A DNA stretch of 64,000 bases from positions 864,001-928,000 of the forward strand of contig CAWBZI010000006.1 of the NCBI GenBank assembly GCA_963793265.1. Reading direction: 5' to 3'. A program made the translations under genes and the position numbers. Shown here one piece after another: positions 9,175 to 21,172 of this stretch. Each line of letters starts with the position of its first letter. The stretch's first letter is position 1. Source of the DNA: an uncultured cyanobacterium. GTDB taxonomy: Bacteria > Cyanobacteriota > Cyanobacteriia > Phormidesmidales > Phormidesmidaceae. A model generated the notes under the pieces. The model saw only the letters and a list, made by a program, of their open reading frames with translations, had not been told where the DNA came from and ran no database searches.

Positions 9175-10029
9175 CTAGAGTGAAAGTGAAAAGTGAGGTT
9201 GGGTATCGACCCATGCCTCGGGGGGAAAAGGGAAATTTGGGTAGCCCACTCGCAAAAGGCAAAGACCTTGAGGGGGGGCTGAATATTTTACCAAATCGCG
9301 GCGCTGATGTTGCCAAATAGCCGTAAATTCGTGAGGCGCTAGCTGCTCTTGGCCGACCTGCACAACCAACCCCATAATCAGCCGAACCATCCCGTACAAA
9401 AAGCCTTTCGCCTGAAGCTCGACCTCTACAAAATGACCTGACCGCTGACAGCTCACATCCTGCATTTCTACCCAGGAGTGAGAGCGATCTGAGCCTGCAC
9501 GGTGGAATGCGGCCAAATTATGATAACCCACCATGGGCTCAAGCGCTTTGCGCATTAGGCACTCGTCTAACAGCTGGTAGTAGTAGTGCCACACGTAGGG
9601 CGCAACAAATAGGTTGGGATAGCGGTTGGTGTAAAAGGTGTAGCGATAGCGTCGCCACTCTGCCGAGAACTGAGCGTGCCAGTCGCAATCAACCGCAGCA
9701 GAGGCTCGAATTACTACGTCATGCAGCAGCCGGTCGTTGAGGATAGCGGCCCAACGCTCGGCGGGAATGACCGTGGGCGCTTCAAAGTGGGCAGCTTGGG
9801 CGGCGGCATGAACCCCGGCGTCGGTTCGGCCCGCCCCTTGAAGGGTCGTTTGGTAGCCGAGAACAGAGGCGATCGCCTCTTCAATCTCAGCCTGCACCGT
9901 CCGCTCTTTTACCTGACGCTGCCACCCATGAAACTCAGTCCCCTGGTACTGAATTACCAAAGCAATCCGCTGAGTGCTTTGCTTATTTGGCGGCAACTTT
10001 GCCAACTGCTTAGCCGTATGGCTAGCCAT
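9175..10029 (-). CDS. truA: tRNA pseudouridine(38-40) synthase
   Basis: [28 protein letters not shown]. Confidence 0.95.
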   Translation of the reverse strand: MASHTAKQLAKLPPNKQSTQRIALVIQYQGTEFHGWQRQVKERTVQAEIEEAIASVLGYQTTLQGAGRTDAGVHAAAQAAHFEAPTVIPAERWAAILNDRLLHDVVIRASAAVDCDWHAQFSAEWRRYRYTFYTNRYPNLFVAPYVWHYYYQLLDECLMRKALEPMVGYHNLAAFHRAGSDRSHSWVEMQDVSCQRSGHFVEVELQAKGFLYGMVRLIMGLVVQVGQEQLAPHEFTAIWQHQRRDLVKYSAPPQGLCLLRVGYPNFPFPPEAWVDTQPHFSLSL

Positions 10030-10074
10030 TTGATCCTCTATCCTGCTGCAAGCTCACACCTTCCAAGCTTACGA

Positions 10075-10425
10075 TTAGGTCAGCTCAATAATCGCCATCC
10101 GCGCATTGTCACCGCGACGGCTAACCGTACGAACGATGCGAGTGTAGCCACCTTTACGGTCGGCGTAGCGCTCAGGCGCTTGGTCGAACAAAGCATGAAC
10201 GAGCTGCTTGTCGTAAATGTAGCCCATGGCCTTACGACGAGAAGCCAGTGAGCCGTCTTTTGCCAAACTCACCATACGGTCAGCTTCAGCGCGAATAGCT
10301 TTGGCGCGAACTTCAGTCGTTTTGATCCGACCGTTGCGAATTAGCTCAGTGGTGAGCGCTCTCATCAAGGCTTTGCGCTGGTCAGCGGCCTTGCCTAATT
10401 TGGGGGTACGACAACCGTGTCGCAT
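10075..10425 (-). CDS. rplQ: 50S ribosomal protein L17
   Basis: MRHG...LG, GGYTRI, RRGDNA. Confidence 0.97.
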   Translation of the reverse strand: MRHGCRTPKLGKAADQRKALMRALTTELIRNGRIKTTEVRAKAIRAEADRMVSLAKDGSLASRRKAMGYIYDKQLVHALFDQAPERYADRKGGYTRIVRTVSRRGDNARMAIIELT

Positions 10426-10546
10426 TGTATTTCTCCTTTCCTAACTTTGTCTTTGAATATTTGTCTTGAGGTGTTCGTCTTGAGATGCTCAAGCAAACAG
10501 TTAAAAGCCCCTGATGAAAACCAGAGGCCCTTATCGTGACTAGCGG

Positions 10547-11491
10547 CTATGCAGACTTAGCCGGTTTCTCTAGCGGCAGCATAATGCCGAGATGAATCTG
10601 AAGCGCTTCAACCACTTCTTCAGCAGACTTTTGACCGAAATTCTTTATTTCGAGCAGGTCTTCCTGACTGTAGTCCAACAGATCTGAAACCGCGTTAATT
10701 TGCGCACGCTTCAAACAGTTGTAAGCACGAACCGATAGCTGCAATTCCTCAATAGGAATTTGATAGGTCGGATCTTCCTCTTTAGTATCTTCATCACGCT
10801 TAGGCTCAAGCGTGACATCCTTGAGCGGGTTGAACATATCAACCAGTAGCGCCGCTGCTTCACTCATAGACTGCTGAGCCGTGAGGCTACCGTTCGTCCA
10901 AATCTCCATGACCAGACGATCTTTGCGCTCGTTAGCAGCGTCTAAATAGTTCTCGACGCTGTAGTTAACCTTGCGCACCGGCATAAACACAGCGTCAATT
11001 TGCATGAAATCGACCCCGCCTGTTTCTTCTCGGCTGCGGTCAATGGCGCGATAGCCTTTGCCTTTCTCGATCCGAAATTCCATCTCTAGGGTATGGCCCG
11101 CAGACACGGAGGCGATGTACTGGTCAGTGCTAATCAGCTCTACCTCAGAAGGCAAATCAAAATTAGCAGCCGTTACCTTAGCTGGCCCCTGAACGACCAT
11201 GCGACCAATCTGAGGCTGGGTTGAATAGCTTTTCAACACCGTCTCTTTCATGTTCAGCAAAATGTCTAGCACGTCTTCACGGACGCCTGGGATTGTGGAG
11301 AACTCATGGCTCGCGCCCGCAATCCGTACAGACGTTACCGCTGTGCCTTCTAAGTTAGAGAGCAGCACACGGCGCAGGGCATTACCCACTGTCGTACCCT
11401 GGCTACGCTCTAAAGGCTCAATGACAAACCGGCTGTACTGGCTCTGGTCATTTTCAACAATGGACTCTACACAATCAACTTGAAATACCAT
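10547..11491 (-). CDS. rpoA: RNA polymerase alpha subunit
   Basis: GTTVGNALRRVLLS, IEELQLSVRAYNCLK, NFGQKS. Confidence 0.97.
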   Translation of the reverse strand: MVFQVDCVESIVENDQSQYSRFVIEPLERSQGTTVGNALRRVLLSNLEGTAVTSVRIAGASHEFSTIPGVREDVLDILLNMKETVLKSYSTQPQIGRMVVQGPAKVTAANFDLPSEVELISTDQYIASVSAGHTLEMEFRIEKGKGYRAIDRSREETGGVDFMQIDAVFMPVRKVNYSVENYLDAANERKDRLVMEIWTNGSLTAQQSMSEAAALLVDMFNPLKDVTLEPKRDEDTKEEDPTYQIPIEELQLSVRAYNCLKRAQINAVSDLLDYSQEDLLEIKNFGQKSAEEVVEALQIHLGIMLPLEKPAKSA

Positions 11492-11531
11492 TCACTAACC
11501 TCTTTTGAGTGCTCACTAAATACTTGAAAGA

Positions 11532-11924
11532 TTAAACACGACGACGCTTAGGCGGACGGCAGCCGTTGTGAGGAATAGGCGTTACGTCACGAATAAGCGT
11601 AATTTCAAGACCGGCACCCTGTAGCGCACGTATGGCCGTTTCGCGTCCTGATCCTGGCCCACTCACCTGCACTTCACACTGACGCATTCCCTGGTCAATA
11701 GCCCTACGAGCAGCGCTATCAGCGGCAGTTTGGGCGGCAAAAGGCGTTCCTTTTTTAGCCCCTTTGAAGCCACTAGAACCGGCAGAGGCCCAGGAGACTG
11801 CATTACCCGTAGCGTCGGTAATGGTGACGATGGTGTTGTTGAAAGTGGACTGAATGTGAGCGACCCCGTTAGGGATGTTCTTTTTGGCCTTACGCGGCCC
11901 GGTCTTGCGAATGGGTTTTGCCAT
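11532..11924 (-). CDS. rpsK: 30S ribosomal protein S11
   Basis: [27 protein letters not shown]. Confidence 0.97.
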   Translation of the reverse strand: MAKPIRKTGPRKAKKNIPNGVAHIQSTFNNTIVTITDATGNAVSWASAGSSGFKGAKKGTPFAAQTAADSAARRAIDQGMRQCEVQVSGPGSGRETAIRALQGAGLEITLIRDVTPIPHNGCRPPKRRRV

Positions 11925-12203
11925 GTCTAGCTAATAAAGTTGAGGTGTTCTTAGGAATGAGCGTATACACAGGAGGTTTGCTATGGAAGGTTTGGCTGGG
12001 TGAGTCTTGTTCTGTCAGTTCAAAAACTATCAGTTCAAGGGGACTGAACCCGGATCGCTTGCCATCCAAAACGGGCTGGGCGATCGCCTACTAATTCCAC
12101 TGGAAAAACGCGAACCAAACCACTCTGAAATAAAAGAGCTTTTAGTACGCGCTTGCAGCAGCTATGTCCTGTTCTACTTGCTGCCTATCTGAAGAAAGAG
12201 CGG

Positions 12204-12584
12204 CTACTTACGTGGAGCCTTCTTCTTACCGGCAATCGTGCGCTTACCGCTACGACGAGTACGGCTGTTGGTGCGAGTGCGCTGGCCGCGAACGGGCAAA
12301 CCCACACGATGACGGCGACCGCGATAGCAGCCAATGTCCATCAGTCGCTTGATGTTCATATTCACCTGACGACGCAAATCACCTTCAATCAGGTAATCGC
12401 CTTCAACAGATGTTCTGAGCTTAATAATGTCGGCATCTTCAAGATCTTTAACGCGAACGTCAGGGTTGACGCCGGTTTTTTTGATGATTTGTTGAGCGCG
12501 ACTGAGGCCAATCCCGTAAATGTAAGTTAGGCCAATTTCAATCCGTTTGTCTCTTGGCAGGTCTACGCCCGCAATACGTGCCAC
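12204..12584 (-). CDS. rpsM: 30S ribosomal protein S13
   Basis: [22 protein letters not shown]. Confidence 0.97.
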   Translation of the reverse strand: MARIAGVDLPRDKRIEIGLTYIYGIGLSRAQQIIKKTGVNPDVRVKDLEDADIIKLRTSVEGDYLIEGDLRRQVNMNIKRLMDIGCYRGRRHRVGLPVRGQRTRTNSRTRRSGKRTIAGKKKAPRK

Positions 12585-12826
12585 TAAATGTTCTCCCTCG
12601 TTTGCTTTTGTTCGGCTCTTAGCTTGGGTGCTTGCTATGGCGTTGCTTGCTATAGCGGCGACAAGTGCGAACTGAAGTCTTGCTTAAGTTGTCTTGGTAA
12701 CTCGGTCTTGGAATGTCTTTGAATCAATCTTGAGATCGCAATATAATAGCGACCTTTGCTACTAACCCATGAGCCAACGGCTGAACTAACAGCTGCTGAA
12801 TCTAGAGGGTAAGTGCGTCATCTGGC

Positions 12827-12940
12827 TTAACCCTGGCGCTGTTTATGCTTGGGGTTAGTACAAATGACCATTACCCGGCCACGACGGCGGATAACACGAC
12901 ACTTTTCACACATTTTCTTTACAGAGGCGCGGACTTTCAT
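12827..12940 (-). CDS. rpmJ: 50S ribosomal protein L36
   Basis: Manual translation [37 protein letters not shown] (37 aa, below the ORF-track cutoff). Confidence 0.97.
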   Translation of the reverse strand: MKVRASVKKMCEKCRVIRRRGRVMVICTNPKHKQRQG

Positions 12941-12975
12941 GTCCCAAGGTGGTTGTTTTACTACACAGGTTTGCC

Positions 12976-13005
12976 ATCATAGCAAAGACATACACCATCG
13001 ATCAA
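12976..13005 (-). promoter_or_regulatory. candidate promoter of the rpmJ-prfA operon
   Basis: Minus strand TTGATC-18-TATGAT with extended TG (TGcTATGAT), about 35 nt upstream of rpmJ. Confidence 0.55.
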
Positions 13006-13093
13006 CGAATGTGTCAATCTTTGGGGTATGCCTTTTTAAAATGGACTTTTTAGTGGGTTCGATTGGGCTGATTAGAACGATAGAGTGTCCTAA

Positions 13094-13501
13094 TTAAGCG
13101 CCTCTACGAAGCGCTGATTCAACTTGCTTAAACTCTTGCTCCAAGCGATCCTGTAGCTTTTGAGGAACGGGACGATTGGGATAAGAGCTGTAGTGACCAG
13201 CCAAAGCGTTTAGCGCAGTACGCATTGTTGCAAAAGAACTCAGGTTAGCGATATCAGCATCGCGACGGTAGCGAGAGGCGAAATCGTTGATTCTTTGCTT
13301 GGCGACGTTCTGCAGCTCTACTTTGTCAGGCGCGTCGGTAGGGAGTGCAATCGATTCTCTGAGTGAGTCAATCAGGGCGACCGTATCGTCAGCGTAGTTA
13401 CCAGTTAGACCATTGGCGGAGCCGCTAACTGCACTACAGCCAGTGAGGCCGATAACGGCGACCAGCATGAGAGCAAACATCCGAGACAATAAGCTTTTCA
13501 T
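13094..13501 (-). CDS. psb27: photosystem II assembly lipoprotein Psb27
   Basis: Lipobox LTGC, SFATMRTALNALAGHYSSYPNRPVP, ends LRRGA. Start at ATG 13501. Confidence 0.93.
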   Translation of the reverse strand: MKSLLSRMFALMLVAVIGLTGCSAVSGSANGLTGNYADDTVALIDSLRESIALPTDAPDKVELQNVAKQRINDFASRYRRDADIANLSSFATMRTALNALAGHYSSYPNRPVPQKLQDRLEQEFKQVESALRRGA

Positions 13502-13635
13502 AGAAGTAATGAGGGTGCGAGCTAAGTTAAGTATCTTATCTGACTGAGGGGCAGTGCGAATAGTCCTTAAGGAAGGAGCGATCCCCACTGCCTATTTTCA
13601 CGGCCTATCTTTAAGGCAGAAAAAGCCAAGTCAGA

Positions 13636-15582
13636 TTAAGCCGGATAGATTCTCAACCGCCGGTTGGGCTCATCGCCAAAGCTCAGCGATTTGAGGCGGT
13701 AGTGTTCGGCTAGCTCGTGCTGCATTTTGCGAATTTTGGGTGATCGCGGCAACAGTTCCACCGGCTGACTTTTCGGAATCACAATCTGCTCTACCGCCAG
13801 CCGCGCTTCTTCTAGCGCCTCTAGCTCATCATCTGCACCGTTATGTGCAAACAAGTCCAGGTTAATGCCTTCAGCCGTTTCACCATCGTCATCTAGATCG
13901 AGCACTCGCCTAAGCGCACGGGTGATCTGTGGGATGCTGTTTGACTTGACGGTGTAGACCGGGATTTGCCGGGCCTGGGCGACCTGCTTGAGTTTGGAAT
14001 GATTTTTGATGTGCGATCGCAATGCCAAAACCGCATCCGCCGACCCCAAATCCTTCGTAAACTTCACCGGCATATCCAGCGTCCGCACCACATGATCAAG
14101 CTGCTGACGACTAATCCCGTAAGCATAGAGCCGTGTGATATTGCTCTCTTCTTCAAAATCGGGATTAATCGGCTGCGCAAGCTGATCGTTATTCAACGGC
14201 AGTTGTACAACCGTGTCATTCAACAGCGACTGCATCCGCTGCTGCTCGTCCCAAACCAAAGAAGGCCGACTCGCCCTTTTGCCAAAAGAATCAGATCCTA
14301 AAGGCGCAACCGGCGGCGTCATTTTGCCAGACGATCGCCAGCCGCCCGCACTGGGCCTGGTAGACTTCAGCTTTTCATGACTGAGCTGTCCCTTACGGTT
14401 CGCCCGCAGCGCAGGAGCCACCAGCCCCGACTGACTCGGCATTTCGTTAGTAACCACCAGCTTATTATCCGCACCGATTTCTCTCACCTGCTGACCCGGC
14501 ACCCGGCCCCGCAGCAAAAAGTCCACCGTATCGGACACGTCTTCGTGCACAACCCATCGCTGGCGCTCGTGCATCTCGACTGCAATATCAAAGGTCGGTG
14601 GAGCCTTACGTTCAAGCACACTCTTTTGACTACCACGTCTACGCGCTTCGTCGTCGCCTAGCGTGACCGACTGAATGCCACCGACTAAATCCGAAAGCGT
14701 CGGGTTCTTAATTAGGTTCTCTAATCGGTTACCGTGCGCCGTTCCGACCAGTTGCACACCGCGCTCGGCAATCGTCCGAGCGGCCAAAGCTTCTAACTCC
14801 GTACCAATCTCGTCAATCACAATCACTTCGGGCATGTGGTTTTCCACGGCCTCAATCATCACCTGATGCTGATTTTCAGGTTTTGCGACCTGCATCCGCC
14901 GGGCTCTACCAATCGCGGGGTGAGGAATATCGCCATCACCCGCAATTTCATTCGAGGTGTCGATAATGACTACTCGCTTCATCAAATCGTCGGCCAGCAC
15001 TCGCGCAATCTCTCGCAGCGCTGTCGTTTTACCCACGCCAGGCCGACCCAGCATCAAAATGGAGCCGCCCGTTTCCACCAAATCGCGAATCATGCCAATG
15101 GTGCCGAACACAGCCCGCCCGACCCGGCAGGTAAGGCCAATGACTTCGCCTGCTCGGTTGCGGATGGCGCTGATACGGTGCAGCGTTTTTTCGAGGCCCG
15201 CTCGGTTATCGCCGCCAAAGTGGCCGACGCGCTCTATGCAATGCTGCAAGTCGGCTTTAGAAACAGGGGTTTCAGAAAGGTACTCGACTGAATCTGAGAA
15301 TCGGGCCTCGGGCTGACGGCCAAAGTCGAGGATGACTTCGATCAGCTGATCGCGGCGCGGATGATTGTTGAGCTTTTCGCGGATGTATTCGGGTAGGACG
15401 GCCAGCAGTTCGGGCAGGTCGTCGGTGATTTCGGGCGGGGTGATCTGAACGATGGGGGACTTGGAATCGGTCGGCGTTTCTGTTGGTTTTTGGGAAGTAT
15501 CGTCAGATGTTTTGGTAGCAGTAGCCTTGGTTGGCTCTGATAAGGGACTACTTTCAAACAAGTCGTCTGCAAAACTCGACAT
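13636..15582 (-). CDS. Ycf45/SpoIIIAA-like AAA ATPase with C-terminal R3H domain
   Basis: [18 protein letters not shown]-terminal RKMQHELAE...SFGDEPNRR. Confidence 0.88.
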   Translation of the reverse strand: MSSFADDLFESSPLSEPTKATATKTSDDTSQKPTETPTDSKSPIVQITPPEITDDLPELLAVLPEYIREKLNNHPRRDQLIEVILDFGRQPEARFSDSVEYLSETPVSKADLQHCIERVGHFGGDNRAGLEKTLHRISAIRNRAGEVIGLTCRVGRAVFGTIGMIRDLVETGGSILMLGRPGVGKTTALREIARVLADDLMKRVVIIDTSNEIAGDGDIPHPAIGRARRMQVAKPENQHQVMIEAVENHMPEVIVIDEIGTELEALAARTIAERGVQLVGTAHGNRLENLIKNPTLSDLVGGIQSVTLGDDEARRRGSQKSVLERKAPPTFDIAVEMHERQRWVVHEDVSDTVDFLLRGRVPGQQVREIGADNKLVVTNEMPSQSGLVAPALRANRKGQLSHEKLKSTRPSAGGWRSSGKMTPPVAPLGSDSFGKRASRPSLVWDEQQRMQSLLNDTVVQLPLNNDQLAQPINPDFEEESNITRLYAYGISRQQLDHVVRTLDMPVKFTKDLGSADAVLALRSHIKNHSKLKQVAQARQIPVYTVKSNSIPQITRALRRVLDLDDDGETAEGINLDLFAHNGADDELEALEEARLAVEQIVIPKSQPVELLPRSPKIRKMQHELAEHYRLKSLSFGDEPNRRLRIYPA

Positions 15583-15669
15583 AGAGAACTGATTTACTAA
15601 CGAAAGAATAACGTTATTGAGGGGCTAGAGCCTGCATAGCGATCGCGCACAATAAGCTTGAACACGCTG

Positions 15670-16734
15670 CTACACCTGATTCTTGAGCGGCTTCACTAAT
15701 GACTCAGCGATCGCTACCGCCTCCCATAACGCGGGGGATACTTCTTCAAGATAAAGGGTTTGCTCTATGACTGACATTAATCTGTCGGTTAAAAGGTGCC
15801 TAGCGTAGCTGCCATAGGCGATCCCAGAGACAAATCTACGGTTTTCAACACCTCGATTTGGAGGCCCATTGAGCAAACCCAGCGCTCGAAGTTTTGGCAC
15901 GGTGTACTGGTTTGTACCACCCGCAAGCTGCACATAACCTGGAACGTCAGAGGCTAAAACCTTTTGCGCCAGGCGGATTGCAGCGTGAGTGGTGCCCTTT
16001 CCAATGTCACCGCTCATCGGACGACCGTCTGTCTGCCACATTACAATTAGGCGATTTCCTGCGGACATTCCAGCGAGTTGTTCTGCTGGATGTATCAATA
16101 TGTTACGCAAAGCGTGAAGATAGCCGATCAGGCCATCGCCATCAGGGCAGCTAACGGAAATTAGCTTGAGATGACCTGTCCAGGGCGAGATGGTTTGCCA
16201 AAGATCTTTGAATTCTGAATAGTGACCGACCTGGGTATGAATTTCTAGAGCGTCGGCCCCGGTGAGGACTTGCTGGGCGATCGCATCCAAGCTAGTCGGC
16301 TGTGACTTCGCCTCAATCAGGCCCAAAGGACAGACCGGCAAACACCTGCCGCAGCCATAGCAGCGATCGCTCACCACCCCACTCGCGTCTATCGCATCTG
16401 CTGGACAAATGCGCTCACAGGGCCGAGGGCAGTCAGCCGGGCACCGCCGCTCATCAAACCAAGCCTTTCTAAAGTGCGGATCTTCACCAGCACTCATACT
16501 CACCATCAGCCAGGGTCGTTTGAATGAGCGGCCTGATTGATTCGCAACTTTTTCAGCCGCATCCATTCCCGCTTTCGCTGCGGTCATCACCGCTGGATCG
16601 GCAGCGACATCAATGCAGTCTGCGCCTGCTAGGGAATAGGCGATCGCTAAACTTCTAATCGCCGGGAGGGCCTGATAGCTCGCGCCGCAAATCAGCTTAA
16701 ACCACGTCCCGGTTTGGAGTGAATGTTCAGACAA
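15670..16734 (-). CDS. ldpA: circadian input Fe-S protein LdpA
   Basis: WFKLICGAS, two 4Fe-4S Cys motifs, DGRPMSGDIG, synteny with ndhN. Confidence 0.92.
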   Translation of the reverse strand: MSEHSLQTGTWFKLICGASYQALPAIRSLAIAYSLAGADCIDVAADPAVMTAAKAGMDAAEKVANQSGRSFKRPWLMVSMSAGEDPHFRKAWFDERRCPADCPRPCERICPADAIDASGVVSDRCYGCGRCLPVCPLGLIEAKSQPTSLDAIAQQVLTGADALEIHTQVGHYSEFKDLWQTISPWTGHLKLISVSCPDGDGLIGYLHALRNILIHPAEQLAGMSAGNRLIVMWQTDGRPMSGDIGKGTTHAAIRLAQKVLASDVPGYVQLAGGTNQYTVPKLRALGLLNGPPNRGVENRRFVSGIAYGSYARHLLTDRLMSVIEQTLYLEEVSPALWEAVAIAESLVKPLKNQV

Positions 16735-16737
16735 AGG

Positions 16738-17205
16738 CTAGGCAGCAAGTGCTTCTGTCAGTGGGAACCAGGTGAAGGCGCGATCACCGCCCAGCTCAAC
16801 CACCACTTTTACACGAGGCTCCAGCTTAGGCAGCGCCGTTAAGAAATCAAGCTCTTGGTTAGAAAGCACGTGGCCCTCGATTAGCCAGAGCACAAGCCCC
16901 TTTGACTGTGGTGCAAGGGATTCGAGGCGGTAGCTGATGATGGGTGGGATGTAGTAGCGATCACCCGTTGCAGAATCTTCCATATTCTTCTTGCCCAAGT
17001 GAGGCGGGCGTATGCCATGCGTATCTAATAAATAGGCCGACAAATCACCCAAGCCGCGCACCGTCATATGAGTAGACTCGTAACCGGCTGCGCGTGTGCG
17101 GCGACGATAGCGGCCCTCAAACCCACCTTCTAAAGGCATCCGTACGCCGAGCGCACCCGTTTTTTCGAGGTCACGAGTGAATTTGTTAAATGCGATCAGC
17201 GGCAT
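16738..17205 (-). CDS. ndhN: NDH-1 subunit N
   Basis: PLEGGFEGRYRRR, HGIRPPHLGK. Confidence 0.95.
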   Translation of the reverse strand: MPLIAFNKFTRDLEKTGALGVRMPLEGGFEGRYRRRTRAAGYESTHMTVRGLGDLSAYLLDTHGIRPPHLGKKNMEDSATGDRYYIPPIISYRLESLAPQSKGLVLWLIEGHVLSNQELDFLTALPKLEPRVKVVVELGGDRAFTWFPLTEALAA

Positions 17206-17841
17206 AAGGAGTTCGGCATAGTAATAAAGACACCGTAATAGTACTTCAAAACCATAGAGGCAGTGAATAGTCCTTAAGAATCAATCATCCAAAAAAGCGG
17301 TCACTAGCAGGCTAGAGAAAGCAGCTACTTAAGGCGGTAAATCTACGGTATGATACGAACTCGCTACATATACGGCTGACTTGCCAAACTGCGTCTGCAA
17401 AAAAGTTCCTAAAAAAGCTTTTTAGCTGTAGACACAGCAAGAAAAACGTGTATGATTATAGACCTGTCGCCAATCAAGCGGAAACTAGAGGAGTGCGAGC
17501 TTTCTTTGTAAGAGGAAAGTTTTTCATCAAGCTTTAAGCGTATCCTCCAAGTCTGAGGCGAAAAAGATAAGGCAAGTTTTGCAGCTCCTATGTGGCTTTG
17601 GCCCTTTAGTCGAGACTCCTAACACCAAAAGCCCTGTCGATTGTTTTCCAGTGTGATAAGCAAACGCGCTGCCATCACTCACGCCAAGAGTCCTTAAAAC
17701 AGCTCTTGGCACAAAAGTGTGTCAAGCGGTTTGCAACGAGCTGGTTTGTTCCCAGAACCTTTGCGAGTAGATGGCCCTTTGCATTTTCGGTGCACGGTCG
17801 TTGGTTTCCAAAGGCGCGTTATGAAGCGGAGTCGAGATTAA

Positions 17842-18483
17842 GTGTCTGTTGGGATTTTAGGTACCAAACTTGGTATGACCACGGTGTTTGACGAAACGGG
17901 GATTGCGATTCCTGTGACCGTCGTTCAAGCTGGGCCATGCACAGTGACGCAGGTAAAAACAGAAAAGACGGACGGCTATTCGTCTGTGCAAATTGGCTAC
18001 GGCGAAGTCAAGGAAAAGGCGCTAAATCGGCCTAAGCTCGGTCACCTCAAAAAGTCTGGCGCATCGCCGTTGCGTCACCTGCGCGAATATCGCGTGGGCG
18101 CTAAAGACGGTGAGTTTGAGATTGGTCAGTCGCTCGCTGCCGACCGATTTGAAGCCGGTCAGCTCATTGATGTGAGCGGCACCAGCATTGGTAAAGGCTT
18201 TGCCGGTAACCAAAAGCGGAATAACTTCCGCCGAGGTCCGATGTCTCACGGTTCTAAAAACCACAAGCAGCCTGGTTCTATTGGCCCTGGTACCACGCCC
18301 GGTCGTGTGTATCCCGGTAAGAAGATGGCTGGGCAGATGGGTAACGAGAGAGTGACAGTGCGGAAGTTGAGTGTGGTGAGGGTGGATAGCGATCGCAACC
18401 TCCTCCTCATCAAAGGCGGCGTCCCTGGCAAAAAGGGCTCTCTGCTCAGCATTACGCCTGCCACCATCGTTGGCCAGCAGTAA
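17842..18483 (+). CDS. rplC: 50S ribosomal protein L3
   Basis: [22 protein letters not shown]. Confidence 0.97.
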   Translation: MSVGILGTKLGMTTVFDETGIAIPVTVVQAGPCTVTQVKTEKTDGYSSVQIGYGEVKEKALNRPKLGHLKKSGASPLRHLREYRVGAKDGEFEIGQSLAADRFEAGQLIDVSGTSIGKGFAGNQKRNNFRRGPMSHGSKNHKQPGSIGPGTTPGRVYPGKKMAGQMGNERVTVRKLSVVRVDSDRNLLLIKGGVPGKKGSLLSITPATIVGQQ

Positions 18484-18552
18484 GCCAGCCGCAATAAGCC
18501 AGCAGATCAAGGCAGCAGCAAGTTTTAGGCGAAAAGACCAGCAAGGATAATC

Positions 18553-19185
18553 ATGGTTGATTGTGTAGTAAAAGATTGGCAGGGTACGGAAGCGGGCACA
18601 GCCACCGTAGACCTTAAAGTTGCCAGCGAAGAAAATGCAGCGCACATTGTCCACCGGGCACTCGTGCGCCAGATAAACAACGGTCGCCAGGGCAACGCCT
18701 CCTCCAAAACTCGCGCCGAAGTGCGCGGCGGCGGACGTAAGCCCTGGAGACAAAAAGGGACAGGCCGCGCCAGAGCCGGTTCTATTCGTTCTCCGTTATG
18801 GCGTGGCGGCGGCGTCATCTTTGGCCCCAAGCCCCGCGATTACACCACAAAAATGAACCGTAAAGAGCGCCGCTTAGCGCTCCGTACCGCGTTCCAGGGC
18901 TGTGCAGACAGCATGGTTGTCGTCAGCGACTTTGCCAGCGAGCTAGCTCAGCCAAAGACCAAAGAATTTATTGCCGCCCTTGGCCGTTGGGACATCGACA
19001 GCGAAAGCAAGATTTTGCTGATCACCGTCGATAAAGACGACACCGTTCACCGCTCTGTGCGCAACATCCCCAACGTGAAGCACATCACGGCAACGAGCCT
19101 GAACATTTACGACATTTTGAACGCCGAGAGCCTGATTGTCACGTCATCGGCCCTAGAGAAAATCCAGGAGGTATACGGTGAGTAA
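18553..19185 (+). CDS. rplD: 50S ribosomal protein L4
   Basis: [15 protein letters not shown]. Confidence 0.97.
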   Translation: MVDCVVKDWQGTEAGTATVDLKVASEENAAHIVHRALVRQINNGRQGNASSKTRAEVRGGGRKPWRQKGTGRARAGSIRSPLWRGGGVIFGPKPRDYTTKMNRKERRLALRTAFQGCADSMVVVSDFASELAQPKTKEFIAALGRWDIDSESKILLITVDKDDTVHRSVRNIPNVKHITATSLNIYDILNAESLIVTSSALEKIQEVYGE

Positions 19186-19483
19186 ACGATTACAAGAGAG
19201 CGAACTACCCGACATTATTCGCAAGCCTTTGATTACAGAGAAGGCAACCATCGCTTTAGAAGACAACCAGTACAGCTTTCAAGTTGCCCCTAAAGCCACT
19301 AAGCCTCAAATCATCTCCGCCATTGAGTCACTGTTTGACGTAAAAGTCACCGGCATCAGCACTCAAAACCCACCCCGTAAAAAGCGCCGGGTCGGTCAGT
19401 TCATCGGCTACCGCGCTGCTTACAAAAAAGCCGTGGTCACCTTAGCCGAAGGCGACTCCATCACCCTTTTCCCAGACGTTTAA
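19178..19483 (+). CDS. rplW: 50S ribosomal protein L23
   Basis: [15 protein letters not shown], operon order. Confidence 0.95.
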   Translation: MSKRLQESELPDIIRKPLITEKATIALEDNQYSFQVAPKATKPQIISAIESLFDVKVTGISTQNPPRKKRRVGQFIGYRAAYKKAVVTLAEGDSITLFPDV

Positions 19484-19550
19484 GACAGTTTTTCACAAAC
19501 CTGTTTTGACCCCAGATCCCCAGAAGTAACCAAAGCGACGAAGTAAAGCC

Positions 19551-20414
19551 ATGGGCATTCGCTCTTACAGACCCCTAACTCCAGGTTCGCGCGAGCGCAC
19601 CGTCTCCGACTTTGCTGCCATCACGACAGACAAGCCTGAGAAGTCATTAACCTACTCGGTTCACCGTCCCAAAGGGCGCAACAACCGGGGCGTGATCACC
19701 TGTCGCCATCGCGGCGGCGGTCACAAGCGCCTCTACCGTCAAATCGACTTCAAGCGCGACAAGCGCAACATGCCCGCCAAAGTCGCCACCGTTGAGTACG
19801 ATCCCAACCGTAATGCTCGCATTGCACTGGTGAACTACCAGGACGGCGAAAAGCGCTACATCCTCCATCCCATCGGATTGGAAGTCGGCACCACCATCAT
19901 CGCCAGCGAAGACGCACCATTTGAAGTCGGCAACGCCCTACCGCTACACCGCATTCCGTTAGGTACGACCGTTCACAACGTCGAACTGATTGCAGGCAAA
20001 GGCGGTCAGATGGTTCGCGCAGCAGGCGCAGGCGCTCAGCTCGTGGCTAAAGAAGGTGGCTATGTCACCCTCAAGCTGCCTTCGAGTGAAGTGCGAATGG
20101 TTCGCCGCGAATGCTACGCCACCATCGGTCAAGTCGGTAACGTTGAGCACCGCAACCTTTCGCTAGGTAAAGCGGGCCGCAAGCGCTGGGCCGGTCGTCG
20201 CCCCGAAGTTCGCGGTAGTGTTATGAACCCTGTAGATCACCCACACGGCGGTGGTGAAGGTCGTGCGCCGATTGGTCGCAGTGGCCCGGTTACGCCTTGG
20301 GGTAAGCCAGCACTGGGTTACAAAACTCGCAAAAAGAAGAAAGGCAGCGATTCATTGATTGTGCGTCGTCGTCGTCGTTCGTCGAAACGCGGTCGTGGCG
20401 GTCGTAACGCATAG
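19551..20414 (+). CDS. rplB: 50S ribosomal protein L2
   Basis: [19 protein letters not shown]. Confidence 0.98.
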   Translation: MGIRSYRPLTPGSRERTVSDFAAITTDKPEKSLTYSVHRPKGRNNRGVITCRHRGGGHKRLYRQIDFKRDKRNMPAKVATVEYDPNRNARIALVNYQDGEKRYILHPIGLEVGTTIIASEDAPFEVGNALPLHRIPLGTTVHNVELIAGKGGQMVRAAGAGAQLVAKEGGYVTLKLPSSEVRMVRRECYATIGQVGNVEHRNLSLGKAGRKRWAGRRPEVRGSVMNPVDHPHGGGEGRAPIGRSGPVTPWGKPALGYKTRKKKKGSDSLIVRRRRRSSKRGRGGRNA

Positions 20415-20456
20415 TCTATTTCAGAATCTAAAGAGCAATCTAAAGAGGAAAACAAT

Positions 20457-20735
20457 ATGTCTCGCTCCCTGAAGAAGGGGCCATTCGTGGCAGATCACCT
20501 TCTCACCAAAATTGAAAAGCTCAATGCGAAGAACGAGAAGCAGGTCGTCAAAACCTGGTCACGCGCTTCTACTATCATCCCTCAGTTCATCGGTCATACC
20601 GTCGCCGTTCATAACGGTCGTCAGCACGTACCCGTGTTCATTAACGAGCAGATGGTCGGCCACAAGCTAGGCGAATTTGCGCCCACTCGAACCTTTCGAG
20701 GCCATGCAAAGAGCGATAAAAAGGCACGTCGCTAA
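20457..20735 (+). CDS. rpsS: 30S ribosomal protein S19
   Basis: [19 protein letters not shown]. Confidence 0.97.
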   Translation: MSRSLKKGPFVADHLLTKIEKLNAKNEKQVVKTWSRASTIIPQFIGHTVAVHNGRQHVPVFINEQMVGHKLGEFAPTRTFRGHAKSDKKARR

Positions 20736-20749
20736 AAGGAACAGCCATC

Positions 20750-21112
20750 ATGATTGACATCGATTCAGACTCACAAGTAAAAGCAACGGCCAAATTCGTC
20801 CGCATGTCTCCGATTAAGGTGCGCCGCGTACTCGATCAAATTCGAGGCCGCTCCTACCGCGAAGCGTTGATTATGCTCGAATTCATGCCCTACAAAGCAT
20901 GTGAGCCCATCCTTAAAGTATTGCGCTCTGCGGTTGCTAACGCCGAGCACAACAACGGACTCGATCCCACAGGTCTTTACATCAGTGAAGCCTATGCCGA
21001 CAAAGGCCCAACCCTGAAGCGCTTCCGTCCTCGTGCTCAAGGCCGCGCCTACCAAATCCAAAAGCCAACCTGCCACATTGCAATCTCGGTTGCACCTGGC
21101 ACCGAAGCTTAA
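20750..21112 (+). CDS. rplV: 50S ribosomal protein L22
   Basis: [17 protein letters not shown]. Confidence 0.97.
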   Translation: MIDIDSDSQVKATAKFVRMSPIKVRRVLDQIRGRSYREALIMLEFMPYKACEPILKVLRSAVANAEHNNGLDPTGLYISEAYADKGPTLKRFRPRAQGRAYQIQKPTCHIAISVAPGTEA

Positions 21113-21172
21113 GTTCAACAGTTGACTTTTCAAACTATCCGTTTTCATTAGCCGTTTCTAAGGAGTACATCA

